Source: Phoronis australis (taxonomy: Eukaryota; Animalia; Phoronida). Taken from it: DNA of 64,000 bases. The translations under genes were made by a program, and so were the position numbers. Each line of letters starts with the position of its first letter. Positions within the stretch are counted from its first letter, which is position 1. Positions 61,901 to 64,000 of this stretch are shown here, piece by piece. The stretch is from positions 573,508 through 637,507 of the forward strand of contig NMRA01000058.1 in the NCBI GenBank assembly GCA_002633005.1, in the 5' to 3' direction. A model generated the notes under the pieces. The model had not been told where the DNA came from, searched no databases, and was given only the letters and a program-made list of their open reading frames with translations.

Positions 61901-62661
61901 AGTGTCGTTATTCTTAGATGGGTGCAGTGACCAACTAAGCCACAACGACTGCCAGTGTTCAGTTTTGGGTCTGTCAGTACCCGAGTTTGGTGTTACCGCG
62001 GTTTGGCCAAGAAACTGTCAGACTCAAAGATCACTAATCTGTCCGTCAGTTCCAAGAACATGCATATGTTTTCATGAGCCAAGGAGTCGACTTTGACATT
62101 GACTCTGTGGTTTAAACAGCCCTAAATTGTCTGTACAATGGACACGCTCAATTCTCAGGTGTCAGCAATTCTGTGCGAAAGCTTCTACAAACGCACAGTC
62201 AGTACAGCTTGCTGTACTTTTTTATACCTCCGAGTCAGTCAAATACTTTAACCTCAGACTGTACCACGTCCACACCAGATCCAAGAATAGTAAGTGTTGC
62301 TCCTAGTAGAAGCTTAGATGACCGCTCTACTGCTTGCAACACGTACGGTGAAGTACAGCATGTGCTATTGATCCAGCACCCGACGAGGGTACCTAATCTG
62401 CGCTGGAGTCGATGTACATTTCATTGTTACAATGTTTGAATACTCAGGGTACATAGATTAAAGTTTCACGGAGTATGTTACCTTTATTGTCACAGTACGC
62501 ACCAACAACCATGACTTTGTCTCAACATATATTGAGTATAGTGAACACCCACCACAAAACTCGTGTCCTAGTACTTTAGTACTAGTGTTGACCTTATGAA
62601 GCTTCATTATTCCACGACCTTACGAACTCCACAGTTATAATCGTGTTTGCTTAATGTGAGA

Positions 62662-62850
62662 GGAGGCAGTGTATCCTAGCGGGATAACTATTGCTTCCTT
62701 CGCAACGGTCGTGGGTTCGAGTCCACTTGGGGTACACTGTTAGACCCTGTTCAAAGTCAGGTTTTGGGCTTCTCAGCTTGGTTTCAACTACACATCAATA
62801 AAGCATAACAATGTTTCCACGTGATCAGTGCAATGGGCCTACATGAGCCC
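62662..62850 (+). mobile_element. tRNA-derived SINE (short or internally deleted copy)
   Basis: A-box-like TATCCTAGCGG (62672-62682) and B box GGTTCGAGTCC (62714-62724). Downstream ACACTGTTAGAC matches AAACTGCTAGAC of the 16.6-kb SINE. Confidence 0.65.
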
Positions 62851-62854
62851 ATCT

Positions 62855-62918
62855 CATGGGCTGCGCAGCACTGAAAAAATGTGGGGCTCTATAGTCCCCC
62901 CAAGCTGCGCCGCCATTG
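62855..62918. mobile_element. 64-bp hAT-type MITE of the same family as 44926-45069
   Basis: CATGGGCTGCGCAG..CTGAAAAAATGTGGGGCT..TGCGCCGCCATTG, with flanks CATCT / CACCT. Confidence 0.7.
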
Positions 62919-64000
62919 CACCTGTAGTTTAATTTGATTACGTTTAAGATTACACGTATCTTATGTATCCGATATTTGTGTGACCATTTTTTCATAATCT
63001 CACTATTACCACCATTGTCTTGAATATTTACTAAAATTGCATCACAAAATTAAGTGTTACGTATTGAAAATATTTTCCAAATCATATTCTCTCATTTTAT
63101 CTAATCGTATATCCTTATCGCTTATATTATTATAGTATATTTGTATTATGTTAATGTTTAGAGACGTGATGTCACATATGACTTCTGGCACCTAGCTATG
63201 TATACTTATACACTACGCATATCAAAGACATACTGCAATCCAAACAGCTCTAAGATCCATCATATTGTGACGCTATTTAATAAGGAGTTTTAATTGCTTT
63301 AATATCGGTTGATTTGTAACCATAAATTTATTGACATGATGATACCAGGCCATAATTTATAGTTAAGGCTGCGCATAAAACTAAAAAAATCAGGTTTGGC
63401 CGGCTTCGGAACATCATATCTCAGAAATGACTGACCGGATTCACGCGATAGTACACTTAAATTATGAACTGTTCTCCAAATCACTGATAGGAAGTTTTGT
63501 TGGAGTGTTCCATTTTTGCATGAGGGGCGATCAAAAATGCGACTTACGTGATTTTTGTGCATGAAACGAAAGCGAAATGATAATTTAGAAAACTGTAACT
63601 GTTACAGTGTTTTTGAAAGATCTTTATATCATACAAAATTTGGATCATCTCAAGGGTTCCCTTCTTTTACGATTACGTAAAATAATTTTTGATTAAAAGT
63701 CACATGTTTGTCATGTCTCCACTGATGCGCGTGTCACCCAATAAGACAACAATACGAATCTTTGGTTATTTTGTGTGACTAACTGTTGAAAAATGTGTTT
63801 TTCTCTGTATGCGAAATTTTGTCACCCCGTAACGCGAGAGTGTTGTTTGTTTATTTAAAACCGGTTGCCTATATCGAGCCTTTGAAGAGACTGCAAACAA
63901 TACGTCATGAGCAACATGTTGTATGAATGACGTCGTATTCCTTCCTTAACCACGCCCACTGTCTAGGAATGACACGGTCAATCATGACGGGCAGGTAACT

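Noticed and set aside
61625-61945. ORF with ISLDETVV resembling the piggyBac first catalytic Asp motif
   Set aside because: Only a few residues match, the following KPxKxG motif is absent, and no TTAA-flanked TIRs were seen.
53000-64000. Numerous 60-100 aa ORFs
   Set aside because: Mostly non-ATG starts, no domains and no phase-consistent exon chain; consistent with chance ORFs in intergenic, TE-derived DNA.

Overview
Repeat-rich animal genomic DNA (AT-rich, spliceosomal GT-AG introns; probably a marine invertebrate, taxon not determinable). It starts with a decayed L1/Tx1-clade LINE ORF2 (1-3525), a 214-N assembly gap and a decayed ZMYM1-like hAT transposase with its right TIR (to 5763). 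The one well-supported host gene is on the minus strand and is missed by the ORF track. It has nine phase-consistent coding exons (12476-19928) encoding a ~351-aa type II membrane protein: TM, SEA, Sushi/CCP, then a C-terminal EGSGD, with no protease domain. A second, phase-compatible first exon lies ~12 kb further upstream. The rest is mostly non-autonomous elements: hAT-type TIR elements that repeatedly show 5-bp rather than 8-bp target duplications (one with an empty-site control in the window), Helentron-associated (DINE-1-like) elements carrying arrays of CTCF-consensus motifs, a Penelope-like GIY-YIG fragment with two hammerhead-ribozyme cores, tRNA-derived SINEs, MITEs and short tandem repeats. 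One 93-codon ORF looks like a secreted Cys-rich prepropeptide. No CRISPR array, rRNA or intact tRNA was found. All calls are by eye, without database searches.
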